Assembly: GCA_026706895.1 (NCBI GenBank)
Contig: JAPOXW010000029.1
Location: 28,335-92,334 of the forward strand
Length of the DNA stretch: 64,000 bases
DNA from: Gammaproteobacteria bacterium
GTDB taxonomy: Bacteria; Pseudomonadota; Gammaproteobacteria; Poriferisulfidales; Poriferisulfidaceae
Reading direction: 5' to 3'
Shown here in pieces: positions 55,283 to 64,000 of the stretch (positions are counted from its first letter, which is position 1; each line of letters begins with the position of its first letter). A model generated the notes under the pieces. It was not told the origin of the DNA. It made no database searches and saw nothing but the letters and a program-made list of their open reading frames with translations. A program made the translations under genes and the position numbers.

Positions 55283-56518
55283 TCAGGTCACGGCGCCCTT
55301 GAGCGCCAGCACCACATCCATGACATTGGTGCCGGTCGGTCCGGTGGTAACCAGTGCGCCCACGTCGGCAAGGTAACTTCCGGCATCGGCGCGCGCCAGC
55401 GCTTGTTTGGCATCCAGCCCTGATTCCTGACCGTGCAGCACTGTCCCGCCGTCGACTTCTCCACCGGCATCTTCAGTCGGGCCGTCCGTGCCGTCCGTGC
55501 CGCAGGCGAGCAGCCGGATGCCCTTGACGCCTTCCAGCGCCGTGGCCGCAGCCAGGGCAAGGTGCTGGTTGCGTCCGCCTCGCCCCGGGTTTTCTGGCAG
55601 CCGGACGGTGGTTTCACCGCCCCAGATGTGCACGCCTGGGGGCGTATCTATCTGCTTCAAATACTCCGCCAGCGCCACTCCTGTCTTCCCGGCTTCATCT
55701 TCCAGGAATTCCGGATGCCGATGCACCGGGAATCCGAGTTCTTCCGCTCGGCATGCTGCCGCTTCCTTGGCATCTTCCAGCGTGGCGATGATGTGGGTCT
55801 GCAGGTGCTGGAAGGCTTCGGGCGGCGGGACCGGCATGCGCTCGGCCTTCTCGATCAGCTGGCGAGTCCCGTCGGACAAGGTCTCGGGCAGGACTTCGCC
55901 GCGCACCGCGGTCAGCGGGCCGGATCCGATCACGGCCGGGTCGTCCCCGGGCACGTCCGAAATCATCAGCGCGCAGGTGGAGCGTCCATCGAGATAGTGC
56001 GCAAGGCGCCCGCCCTTGATGCAGGAAATGGAACGGCGCACGGCGTTCATTTCGGTGATGGCCAGCCCCTCGGCCAGCAGCTGCTCGGTCAGTTCTCTCA
56101 GCCCCTGCAGGTCCAAATTGGGTGCCAGCACTTCGACCAGGCTGGAGGCACCGCCCGAGATCAGCGCAAGGAAGCAGGCGTCAGCGGGGGCCTCGCCCAG
56201 AAACTCCACCAGCCGCTGACCGGCCCGGAGGCTGGCGTCCCCCGGCACCGGATGGTCGGACTCGACGCATTCGATCTGAGAAAAACCGTTCAGTTCGTCG
56301 TCCAGATGCCCGTGCTTGGTGATGACCAGCCCGTGCCGGGGCGCCGGCCGTGCACGCAGTGCGCCGAGAGTCATCGCCGATGCGGCCTTTCCGAACGCGA
56401 TCACGTGGTCGTACTCGACCTCCGGGTGTCGATCCAGCCATTGGGCCACGGCTTCCGTGCCGCGCACCCGGGCCAGGGAGGCTTCCAGAATGTCCTGGAG
56501 CAGCGAATCAGCGCTCAT
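55283..56518 (-). CDS. Glycerate 2-kinase (MOFRL/DUF4147)
   Basis: GKAA, HPVP, LISGGASSL, SDVPGD, GGETTV, GGRNQ, TDGTDG and TGTNVMD motifs. Confidence 0.93.
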   Translation of the reverse strand: MSADSLLQDILEASLARVRGTEAVAQWLDRHPEVEYDHVIAFGKAASAMTLGALRARPAPRHGLVITKHGHLDDELNGFSQIECVESDHPVPGDASLRAGQRLVEFLGEAPADACFLALISGGASSLVEVLAPNLDLQGLRELTEQLLAEGLAITEMNAVRRSISCIKGGRLAHYLDGRSTCALMISDVPGDDPAVIGSGPLTAVRGEVLPETLSDGTRQLIEKAERMPVPPPEAFQHLQTHIIATLEDAKEAAACRAEELGFPVHRHPEFLEDEAGKTGVALAEYLKQIDTPPGVHIWGGETTVRLPENPGRGGRNQHLALAAATALEGVKGIRLLACGTDGTDGPTEDAGGEVDGGTVLHGQESGLDAKQALARADAGSYLADVGALVTTGPTGTNVMDVVLALKGAVT

Positions 56519-57087
56519 GGCAGAATCAGCACCAGCGTGTCGACGGAGACCCGGGCGAACAATTCAATCACATCGATGCCGCGCATGCGGACACAGCCGA
56601 TCGAGGCGGCTTGGCCGATCAGGCCTTCTTCATGGGTTCCGTGGATGTAGATGTAGCGTTGGTGAGAATCCATGTCCCCGTCCTTGTTGACGCCGGGTTC
56701 GAGCCCGTCCAGCCACAGGATGCGCGTCGTGATGCATTCGCGGCCGGTCGCACGCGGTTCCGTCTCGATCTCGGCTGCTTCCGACTGGGCGACCCGGCCC
56801 TTGAAAACCGTATGCAAGGCGGCATCGTCGCCGATGCATTCCGCGATCCGGTGCGCACCGGTCGGGGTCTTCATGCTGTCGTTCTGCCCGCCGATGCCGT
56901 AGCGGGAGGTCGAGACGGGCCAGGAACGGATCACTTGATCCTCTTCGAGCAGGTGCAGGGCCTGTTCGCGAATGCTGATCAGGCACATCGGGCGGGATTG
57001 GCATTGCGGGAAGCGTTGGCGCGCCTCCGCCGCCCGTGCCAGGTCTTCGGCCGTGGGATCGGCCACAGGAGGCAGGGCAGGGCACAT
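56515..57087 (-). CDS. L,D-transpeptidase (YkuD family)
   Basis: TPTG.H, RYIYIHGT and SIGCVRM motifs. Confidence 0.9.
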   Translation of the reverse strand: MCPALPPVADPTAEDLARAAEARQRFPQCQSRPMCLISIREQALHLLEEDQVIRSWPVSTSRYGIGGQNDSMKTPTGAHRIAECIGDDAALHTVFKGRVAQSEAAEIETEPRATGRECITTRILWLDGLEPGVNKDGDMDSHQRYIYIHGTHEEGLIGQAASIGCVRMRGIDVIELFARVSVDTLVLILP

Positions 57088-57090
57088 GGC

Positions 57091-58587
57091 CTAGGCTGCC
57101 CGGTTCTGGGGGCTGGGGTCTCGAGTGTCGGTCCCGGAACGCCGGCGCAAGGCCAGTTCGTCCAGGTAGCCGTCCGGTACGCCGGTCACGTAATCCCCGG
57201 TAAATACGGAGCAGTCGAAATTCTGGAGTTCGGGGTTTCCGTCCTGAACCGCGGCGATCAGGTCCGGCAGGTCTTGGTAGATCAGGCGGTCGGCGCCGAT
57301 GGCCTCGCACACTTCGGAAATATTGCGCCCATGCGCGATCAGTTCCTCGGCGCTCGGCATGTCGATGCCGTAGACGTTGGGGTAGCGGATCGGCGGCGAG
57401 GCGGAGCAGAAATAGACTTTTCGGGCTCCGGCATCCCGTGCCATCTGCACGATTTCGCGCGACGTGGTGCCGCGCACGATCGAATCGTCGACCAGCAGGA
57501 CGTTGGTGCCTTCGTACTCATTGCGGATCGGGTTGAGCTTGCGCCGCACGGACTGACGGCGGACCTGCGCCTCGGGCATGATGAAGGTCCGGCCGATGTA
57601 GCGGTTCTTGATGAAGCCCTCGCGATAGGGGCGGTTCAGCCGGTAGGCCATCTCCAGCGCCGCGGTGCGGCTGGTGTCGGGGATCGGGATGATCACGTCG
57701 ATGTCGTGATCGGGCCACTCCCGCAGGATCTTGTTCGCCAGGCGCTTTCCCATGCGCATCCGCGAGCGCTGCACGGAAACCCCGTTCATCACCGAATCCG
57801 GCCGGGCGAAGTAGACGTACTCGAAGATGCAGGGCGCATAGGTTTCCCGGCTTCCGCAGATTTCGCTGTGCACCGTGCCGTCCAGGCTGATGAACAGGGC
57901 CTCGCCGGGTGCGAGGTCGCGTTCCAGGGTGAAGCCCAGCATGTCCAGCGCCACGCTTTCGGAGGCGACGATGTGTTCGGGTCCTTCGTCGGTGTCCCGG
58001 GTGCCGTACACCAGCGGGCGGATGCCGTAGGGGTCGCGAAACGCCAGGACCCCCCAGTCGGCGATCAGGCACACCGCCGCGTACGCGCCGATGCAGCGAC
58101 GGTTGACTCCCCGAACGGCCTGGAACAGTTCCTGCGGGTCGCGCGTGGTCGGTTCGGGCCGGGCCAGCAGTTCGTGCGCGAGGACGTTGAGCAGGATTTC
58201 GGAGTCGGATTCCGTGTTGATGTGGCGCCGGTCCTCGCGGAACAGTTCCTGCCGCAACGCTTCGGTGTTCACCAGGTTGCCGTTGTGCCCGAGCGCGATG
58301 CCGTAGGGGGAGTTGACGTATAGCGGCTGCGCTTCTTCGGATTTTTCCGTCCCGGCGGTGGGGTAGCGCAGGTGGCCGATGCCGGCTTCGCCGCGCAGGC
58401 GCAGCAGCCTCTTGCCGCGGAACACGTCGCGGACCAGGCCGTTGCCCCGCAGCTGATGCAGCCGCCCCTCGCGGTCGTAGGTGGTCAGCCCCGCGGCGTC
58501 CTGGCCCCGGTGCTGCAGCACGTTCAACCCTTCATGCAGGTCCTGCGCGACGGGCCGATGGCTGACAATGCCGATGAGTCCACACAT
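57091..58587 (-). CDS. purF: Amidophosphoribosyltransferase
   Basis: MCGL, QHRGQDAAG, PCIFEYVYFARPDS and VDDSIVRGTT motifs. Confidence 0.98.
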   Translation of the reverse strand: MCGLIGIVSHRPVAQDLHEGLNVLQHRGQDAAGLTTYDREGRLHQLRGNGLVRDVFRGKRLLRLRGEAGIGHLRYPTAGTEKSEEAQPLYVNSPYGIALGHNGNLVNTEALRQELFREDRRHINTESDSEILLNVLAHELLARPEPTTRDPQELFQAVRGVNRRCIGAYAAVCLIADWGVLAFRDPYGIRPLVYGTRDTDEGPEHIVASESVALDMLGFTLERDLAPGEALFISLDGTVHSEICGSRETYAPCIFEYVYFARPDSVMNGVSVQRSRMRMGKRLANKILREWPDHDIDVIIPIPDTSRTAALEMAYRLNRPYREGFIKNRYIGRTFIMPEAQVRRQSVRRKLNPIRNEYEGTNVLLVDDSIVRGTTSREIVQMARDAGARKVYFCSASPPIRYPNVYGIDMPSAEELIAHGRNISEVCEAIGADRLIYQDLPDLIAAVQDGNPELQNFDCSVFTGDYVTGVPDGYLDELALRRRSGTDTRDPSPQNRAA

Positions 58588-58592
58588 GACGA

Positions 58593-59210
58593 CTACTCGG
58601 GGAGCGCCTCCGAGATTGTCTCAGAAACTGTCTCGGAAACCGTCTCGGCAAGTATTTCCGAAGATCCCGGGTAGTGGAACAGGTCCTGCCAGTCCTCGGG
58701 CATCCATTCGATGACCTGCTGGGCGGCTTCGACGAAGTAGGGGATCAGCGTTGACTCTTTCCAGAACCCTGCTTCGGGAATCGCGGTGGTGCCGGCGATC
58801 AGCACCAGCACCAGCACCAGCAGGCCGCCGCGCAGCAGCCCGAACAGGAACCCCATGACCCGGTCGCTGCGCTTCAGGACACCGCTGCTCTTGTCCTTGG
58901 ACATCCGGGTGAACAGCCGGTGCAGTTGCGACACCACGACGAAGGTGAGGAGGAACAGCACGATCCCGGCGACCGGCGCGTGAAACCCGGTGAGGCCATA
59001 GGTGCGCTCGCCGAGGGTGACCTCGTCGAACAGTTCGGGCACGAACTGCGCCCCGAACTCGGCGAACTGGAAGGCCACGATGAGCCCCACCACCCAGGCC
59101 AGGATGGTGACCAGTTCCTCGGCGAAACCGCGCAGCCAGCTCAGGATGCCGGAGACCAGGATGATCAGTGCGATCACCACGTCGATCAGGGTGGCGCCGA
59201 GAATGGTCAT
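58593..59210 (-). CDS. cvpA: CvpA family protein
   Basis: D...RGF..E and DRVMGFLFGLLRG motifs; upstream of purF. Confidence 0.92.
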   Translation of the reverse strand: MTILGATLIDVVIALIILVSGILSWLRGFAEELVTILAWVVGLIVAFQFAEFGAQFVPELFDEVTLGERTYGLTGFHAPVAGIVLFLLTFVVVSQLHRLFTRMSKDKSSGVLKRSDRVMGFLFGLLRGGLLVLVLVLIAGTTAIPEAGFWKESTLIPYFVEAAQQVIEWMPEDWQDLFHYPGSSEILAETVSETVSETISEALPE

Positions 59211-59695
59211 GGTTGCCGCACGACCCAGCCCTGGTGCACTTCTGTGAGGTTCTTCTTGGCCTTGATGCCTTTCAGCACGTGTTCAGCCGCCTGCCGGCTG
59301 GGATAGGGGCCGACCCAGATGCGCTGGTGGGTCTTGCCGTCGGATATTTCTTTCGCGAACAGGTTGGTGCGATAGCCCGCCTGGCGCATGGTGTCTCGGA
59401 TCTCGGTGGCCTTGGCGGCGTTCCGGAACCGGCCGACCTGGACATACCACTTGTCCTTCGGCGCCAGACCCGCGGGTTCCCCGGCGTCCGGACCGGGCAT
59501 GGCCTGGACCTCCGGCGCGTTCATGTCGGCGGGAAATGTCTGGTGGGTAAAGACCAGCTCCTTCGGCGCGGCGACATCCTGCAGCGGCCGGACCAGGTCG
59601 GGACGTTGCGTGTCGAGCAGCATCGGGATCACTAGAACCCCAATGAGAATGAGCAAAACGGCGCCGAGGAGCCGTTGTTTGAGTGCGAGTTCCAA
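59207..59695 (-). CDS. dedD: SPOR domain protein DedD
   Basis: LKQRLLGA-TM-PMLLD start and SPOR motif WYVQVG.F...VGPY. Confidence 0.85.
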   Translation of the reverse strand: MELALKQRLLGAVLLILIGVLVIPMLLDTQRPDLVRPLQDVAAPKELVFTHQTFPADMNAPEVQAMPGPDAGEPAGLAPKDKWYVQVGRFRNAAKATEIRDTMRQAGYRTNLFAKEISDGKTHQRIWVGPYPSRQAAEHVLKGIKAKKNLTEVHQGWVVRQP

Positions 59696-59904
59696 CGCCA
59701 GAAATCGGGAGCTGTCGCGGGGAGGCCATTATAGCCTTTTAGCGGGGGTTTTGCCGGTTCTTGGGCGGCTTCTAGCAGTGTATCGTTCCGGAATTTGCGT
59801 CGATGGTGTGCCTTTTTTCATCCAAAAGGCTATTTCAGCGTATTGCTGAAAACCGCGTAAAAAATGAAATCCGCCGAATCGGGAGTCGTCCCGACTTGAT
59901 AGTC

Positions 59905-60825
59905 TCACATTCGGAATTCTTCTGCGGCCTTCACTCCGTGAAGTCCCTGCTCCAGTTCCTTGAGCAGCCCGACCACGGTCTGAGTCAGGAATCCTTCGAA
60001 TTTTTTCTCGCCGAGTGTTCGGTCGTAGACGTCTGACGGCAGGAAGCGCCTCATTTCGTTCTTGAACTCCGTGCCCGCGATGATACCGGGGAGCCTTCCC
60101 ATCATGTCATCCAGCATTTTTGTGCTGCCGGACAACCGGTAGTCTTCCACTTTCCGCCGCACCAGGCCCGGCCGCACGGTTGCGCCTTTCTGCTTGAGCC
60201 ATCCCAAGTCCCACACATCCCGGTGCCGGACATACTTTTGCGTCGCCGGGAGTGAGATCAACTTGTCGGCCATGACTTCGTCAAGCGTTTCCGCGAAGAT
60301 GAGCGTGTCGTCGTAACCGTCCGGGAGGAACGCGTAGTTTGTGCGCAACGGGACGGCTTCCTTCGTATAGGCGGGGACACTGGCCACCTCGATCTTGATG
60401 CGCTGCTGAGGCAGGTCTTTGCGCTGTGGCGCGGTGATGACGGAGACCTGCCATTTTCGGATGTTCAACCCGGCGTATTTCGGATCCTTTTCCAGTTCGG
60501 CAGGTTCCTTGACTCGAACTTCCAGATCATATCTCGAACCGATGTATCCTTCGATGCAGTCTTTCATTCCGGCGAGCATGGCCGACGAGAAATCCCGGCC
60601 TCCGGCGAAGTCCAGATCTTCGCTGAAGCGGTTGCCGCCCCGGCACAGCCGCAACGACGTGCCGCCTTGGAAAACGAGATTGTCCAGCAGATTTGCCCGC
60701 TCCAGGCAGAACAGGATGTCGCAGTGAAGCAGTTCCTTTTCGATCACCGGGCGCATGTTCGCGACGCCCGCGTCCTGCATGACGCGGCCGACCAACCGGG
60801 AGAAGTCTTCCCTAGTGACCTTCAC
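59905..60825 (-). CDS. AbiEii/AbiGii nucleotidyltransferase toxin
   Basis: IEKE, FQGGTSLRL, RFSEDLDF, ADKL and RDVWD motifs. Confidence 0.92.
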   Translation of the reverse strand: MKVTREDFSRLVGRVMQDAGVANMRPVIEKELLHCDILFCLERANLLDNLVFQGGTSLRLCRGGNRFSEDLDFAGGRDFSSAMLAGMKDCIEGYIGSRYDLEVRVKEPAELEKDPKYAGLNIRKWQVSVITAPQRKDLPQQRIKIEVASVPAYTKEAVPLRTNYAFLPDGYDDTLIFAETLDEVMADKLISLPATQKYVRHRDVWDLGWLKQKGATVRPGLVRRKVEDYRLSGSTKMLDDMMGRLPGIIAGTEFKNEMRRFLPSDVYDRTLGEKKFEGFLTQTVVGLLKELEQGLHGVKAAEEFRM

Positions 60826-61351
60826 CGACCCTCTCCTCTTGGATCAGGTGTGTATTGCGGCCGACCCGCTTCAGGTCCCTGCAGGCGGTGGCTGGGCTGG
60901 CCATCCTCAGCGGCCTGCCCACGGGCCGGATGCCGTCGAGGATGTCGTTGGTGGCACGCGCCGTGTGGGTGAACTCAATGACGCCGAAAGGGGTCTTGTA
61001 CTCGCCTTTCCGGCCGGTGGTCATGACGGTCAGCCGGTCCATCAGGATCTGCGAGATGATGCCGTACTCGGAAAGCGCCGATTCCAAGCTGACGTAGTTG
61101 TACTCGCCTCGACGAATGGTTCGGGCGATCTGTTCCAGCGTGTCACTGCCGATGTTTCGGGACAATGCGTATACGTAGATGCGCCGGGCGACGCGCAACA
61201 AGATGTTCTTCGATACCAAGCGATCAAGGCCGGCCTGAAGGGTGCGGGGGCTGTCTTCGTGGAATATCTTGGTCAGGTCGGCGCGGGCATAGACATAGTG
61301 CCCGCGCGCGTCGAATTCCGACAGGCGTCGAACCGCGGTAATCTGATTCAT
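60812..61351 (-). CDS. AbiEi-family antitoxin
   Basis: N-terminal wHTH and YVSLESALSEYGIISQ; overlaps the toxin start. Confidence 0.88.
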   Translation of the reverse strand: MNQITAVRRLSEFDARGHYVYARADLTKIFHEDSPRTLQAGLDRLVSKNILLRVARRIYVYALSRNIGSDTLEQIARTIRRGEYNYVSLESALSEYGIISQILMDRLTVMTTGRKGEYKTPFGVIEFTHTARATNDILDGIRPVGRPLRMASPATACRDLKRVGRNTHLIQEERVGEGH

Positions 61352-61372
61352 TAGAAGCTATATATAAACTAT

Positions 61373-61394
61373 AAAACTATAATAAAATAGTTTT
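61373..61394. promoter_or_regulatory. Inverted repeat, candidate AbiEi operator
   Basis: AAAACTAT-N6-ATAGTTTT in the AT-rich region upstream of the antitoxin. Confidence 0.5.
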
Positions 61395-61409
61395 TCTGTC
61401 TATATAATA

Positions 61410-61429
61410 GCATAATCAGCCGATTATGC
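61410..61429. promoter_or_regulatory. Perfect hairpin/palindrome between folC and abiEi
   Basis: GCATAATC-AGCC-GATTATGC. Confidence 0.4.
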
Positions 61430-61457
61430 AAGCGTGGCTGTCTGGGATGTAGTCTTT

Positions 61458-62753
61458 CTATACAGGCGGAGTCTGTTCCTGATTCGATTCCAGTCTTTCC
61501 GACTGATGCAGCAGGAATTCACCGACCGCAAACACCGAGCCGAACACCACCACGGTCCCTTTCTGGCCGGCTCTTGAGGCCGCTTCCCGGTAGGCTTCCG
61601 TGACGGAGGGATGGACATGTACCTCGGGCAGCCGGCACGATTCCGCCAGTATGCGCAGGGTTTCCAGTGGTATTGCGCGGGGGGAGTCCACTTCGCTCAG
61701 GTGCCAGCTTTTGACCAGCGGGCTCAGGGGCCCCAAGATGTTTGGCACATCCTTTTCCTGCAACGCGGAGAAGACCGCGTGCAGTGGTCGTCCGGGCCGG
61801 TAGCGGCGAAGGTTGCGGACCAGGTTGATCGCCCCTTCTGGGTTGTGCGCGATGTCCAGCACGGTGTCCACGGGTTCGTCCAGGATCTGGAAACGTCCGG
61901 TCAGGCTGACGTTTTCGAGTGCGTGCCGAATGGTCTCCGGATCGAACCGTCCCAGATGATGCAATACGGTCAAAGCACTGGCCGCATTGTTCAACTGCAC
62001 CCTTCCGGGCAGTCGGGGCGGTGTCGGCAGGTCCAGACTTATGCCGTCGCGGTGGCGGTAGCGCCAGCGGCCGGAGCCGAGAGGCTCCGCGAAGAAGTCG
62101 ATGCCGATACGCTGCAGCGGTGCACCCAGACGTCGGGCTTGGTCCGACAGGCTGACGGGCAGGTCGGGCTCTCCGCAGACCACGGGTCGTCCCGGGCGCA
62201 TGATGCCGGCTTTCTCCCGCCCGATTGATTCCCGGGTTCGGCCCAGCCACTCCGTATGGTCGATGCTGATGCTGGTGATCAGGGCGATATCGGCGTCCCA
62301 CAGGTTGACCGCGTCCATCCGCCCGCCGAGACCAACCTCGAGGATCGCGTAGTCGATCCCCCGTTCACGGAAGATTGACAGGGCGGCGAGGGTGCCATAC
62401 TCGAAGAACGACAGGCTGGTGTCGCCGCGGGCCTGTTCCACCTGTTCGAAGGCATGACACAGCGACGCATCGTCGACTTCCATCCCGTCGATGCGGACGC
62501 GTTCGTTGTAGCGAATGAAATGCGGCGAAGTATAGGTGCCGACCCGCCCGTGCGGGCGCAGCATGGCTTCCAACAGGGCCACGCTGGAGCCTTTCCCGTT
62601 GGTCCCGGCGGCGGTGATGATTTGGAAGTCGGGTGCTTCCAGCAGGTTCATGCGGCGGGCCACCACCCGGATCCGTTCCAGCCCCAGGTCGATGCTGCTG
62701 GTGTGCAGGCGCTGCTGCCAGTCGACCCACTCGGACAGGGAGGAGAATCGCAT
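61458..62753 (-). CDS. folC: Folylpolyglutamate/dihydrofolate synthase
   Basis: GTNGKGS, YTSPH, EVGLGGRMDAVN and DIAHNP motifs. Confidence 0.96.
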   Translation of the reverse strand: MRFSSLSEWVDWQQRLHTSSIDLGLERIRVVARRMNLLEAPDFQIITAAGTNGKGSSVALLEAMLRPHGRVGTYTSPHFIRYNERVRIDGMEVDDASLCHAFEQVEQARGDTSLSFFEYGTLAALSIFRERGIDYAILEVGLGGRMDAVNLWDADIALITSISIDHTEWLGRTRESIGREKAGIMRPGRPVVCGEPDLPVSLSDQARRLGAPLQRIGIDFFAEPLGSGRWRYRHRDGISLDLPTPPRLPGRVQLNNAASALTVLHHLGRFDPETIRHALENVSLTGRFQILDEPVDTVLDIAHNPEGAINLVRNLRRYRPGRPLHAVFSALQEKDVPNILGPLSPLVKSWHLSEVDSPRAIPLETLRILAESCRLPEVHVHPSVTEAYREAASRAGQKGTVVVFGSVFAVGEFLLHQSERLESNQEQTPPV

Positions 62754-62789
62754 GGCGGGCACCCGGGAGAAAAGACCGAACGGTAAGAA

Positions 62790-63662
62790 CTACGCGTCCC
62801 GTGCGCGGGGCGAGCGGTTCATCATCAGGCGCAATAGGTCGGCGATCGTGTCGCGCATCTCGCCGCGCGGCACCAGCATGTCGATGGCTCCATGTTCCAG
62901 CAGGAATTCGCTGCGCTGGAAGCCTTCCGGCAGGGTCTCGCGCACGGTTTGTTCGATCACGCGCGGACCGGCGAAGCCGATCAGTGCGCCGGGCTCCGCG
63001 ATCTGGACGTCGCCCAGCATGCCGAGCGAAGCCGAAACCCCGCCCATGGTGGGGTCGGTCAGCACCGAGATATAGGGCAGACGATTTTTCCGCATCCGAG
63101 CCAGCGCGGCGGCAGTTTTGGACATCTGGAACAGCGATACCAGCGCCTCCTGCATGCGTGCGCCCCCGCTGGTGGAGAAGCACACCAGAGGCATCCGCTC
63201 CTTCAGGCAGACGGCGGCCGCCTGCGCGAATTTCTCGCCGACGACCGAACCCATGGAGCCTCCCATGAACCCGAACTCGAAGGCTGTGCAGACCAGCGGC
63301 ATGCCGTGCAGTTGTCCCTGCATGACCACCAGGGCGTCCTTTTCCTTCGTTTCCTTCTGTGCCTGGTTGATACGATCCCGGTAACGCTTGCTGTCGCGGA
63401 ATTTCAGGAAATCGCGGGGCGCAAGCCCGACTATCAGTTCTTGCCGGGGCTGTTCGTCCAGGAACATCGCCAAACGTTCCCGGGCCGACACGCGCATATG
63501 GTGCTGGCATTTCGGGCAGACGTTCAGGTTGCGCTCCAGTTCGGACCGATACAGCGGGGTGTCGCAGTTCGGGCACTTGATCCACAGGCCCTGCGGGACT
63601 TTCCGGGTGCTGCTGCTCTCGATCCGGATCTGGGGCGGCACCAGGCGCTTGTACCAGCTCAC
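62790..63662 (-). CDS. accD: Acetyl-CoA carboxylase carboxyltransferase beta subunit
   Basis: WIKCPNC...[14 protein letters not shown] and GGARMQE motifs. GTG start at 63662. Confidence 0.97.
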   Translation of the reverse strand: MSWYKRLVPPQIRIESSSTRKVPQGLWIKCPNCDTPLYRSELERNLNVCPKCQHHMRVSARERLAMFLDEQPRQELIVGLAPRDFLKFRDSKRYRDRINQAQKETKEKDALVVMQGQLHGMPLVCTAFEFGFMGGSMGSVVGEKFAQAAAVCLKERMPLVCFSTSGGARMQEALVSLFQMSKTAAALARMRKNRLPYISVLTDPTMGGVSASLGMLGDVQIAEPGALIGFAGPRVIEQTVRETLPEGFQRSEFLLEHGAIDMLVPRGEMRDTIADLLRLMMNRSPRARDA

Positions 63663-64000
63663 GGGGCGCCTCCCGGATGGTCCGCGGTGTCGATGCCGGC
63701 ACGCAGGTCCTGCAGCAGTTCGGTTGCGGCGGCATGCGGGTCCGTCGCGGCTTGGATCCGGTCGATCAGCGCGCTGCCGACGACGACCGCGTCGGCAAGC
63801 TCCGCGGCGCGGGCCGCGGAATCCGCGTCCTTGATGCCGAACCCGATGCCGACGGGCAGGGTGGCGTGCGTCCGGATGCACTTCATGCGTTCCGCTACGT
63901 CCTCCATATCCAGGCGGTCCGCGCCGGTCGTCCCGCGCAACGACACATAATAAAGAAACCCTTTCGCCTGGCCGCAGATCTGCCGGATCCGCGTCTCGGT
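63659..64000 (-). CDS. trpA: Tryptophan synthase alpha subunit, 3' part
   Basis: [17 protein letters not shown] and VVVGSA motifs; precedes accD. Confidence 0.93.
   Translation of the reverse strand, partial: TETRIRQICGQAKGFLYYVSLRGTTGADRLDMEDVAERMKCIRTHATLPVGIGFGIKDADSAARAAELADAVVVGSALIDRIQAATDPHAAATELLQDLRAGIDTADHPGGAP

Noticed and set aside
56350-58323. 657-aa plus-strand ORF
   Set aside because: Antisense shadow of purF and the L,D-transpeptidase gene.

Overview
A GC-rich gammaproteobacterial chromosome segment. The housekeeping backbone is gltB, dnaG, valS-holC-pepA, lptFG, xerD-dsbC, addA, secG-tpiA-glmM-ftsH, lpxH and purF-cvpA-dedD-folC-accD-trpA. The main feature is an AT-rich island of about 16 kb (29185-45237) at the 3' end of tRNA-Leu(GAG), bounded by a degenerate copy of the tRNA end and carrying phage-terminase and IS481 relics. 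It encodes an epoxyalkane:coenzyme M transferase (XecA/EtnE-like) and a complete-looking bacterial CoM biosynthesis block (xcbA-like, xcbB/comA, xcbC, xcbD, xcbE). It has no alkene monooxygenase, 2-KPCC or XecD/E dehydrogenase. In their place are a class I CoA-transferase pair apparently lacking the catalytic Glu, an acylating aldehyde dehydrogenase, a GMC oxidoreductase, a disulfide oxidoreductase, a GST and an MFS transporter. This suggests a variant CoM-dependent epoxide-scavenging pathway. Other oddities are a PEPCK-like protein with its P-loop apparently moved to the C-terminus, a 162-bp tandem repeat ahead of the LptF core, tandem beta-barrel paralogues, a defence island (type II Thoeris plus SacI-like REase with an N6A MTase) and an AbiE pair inside the folC-dedD operon. 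All homology calls come from motif recognition and recall; no database search was run.
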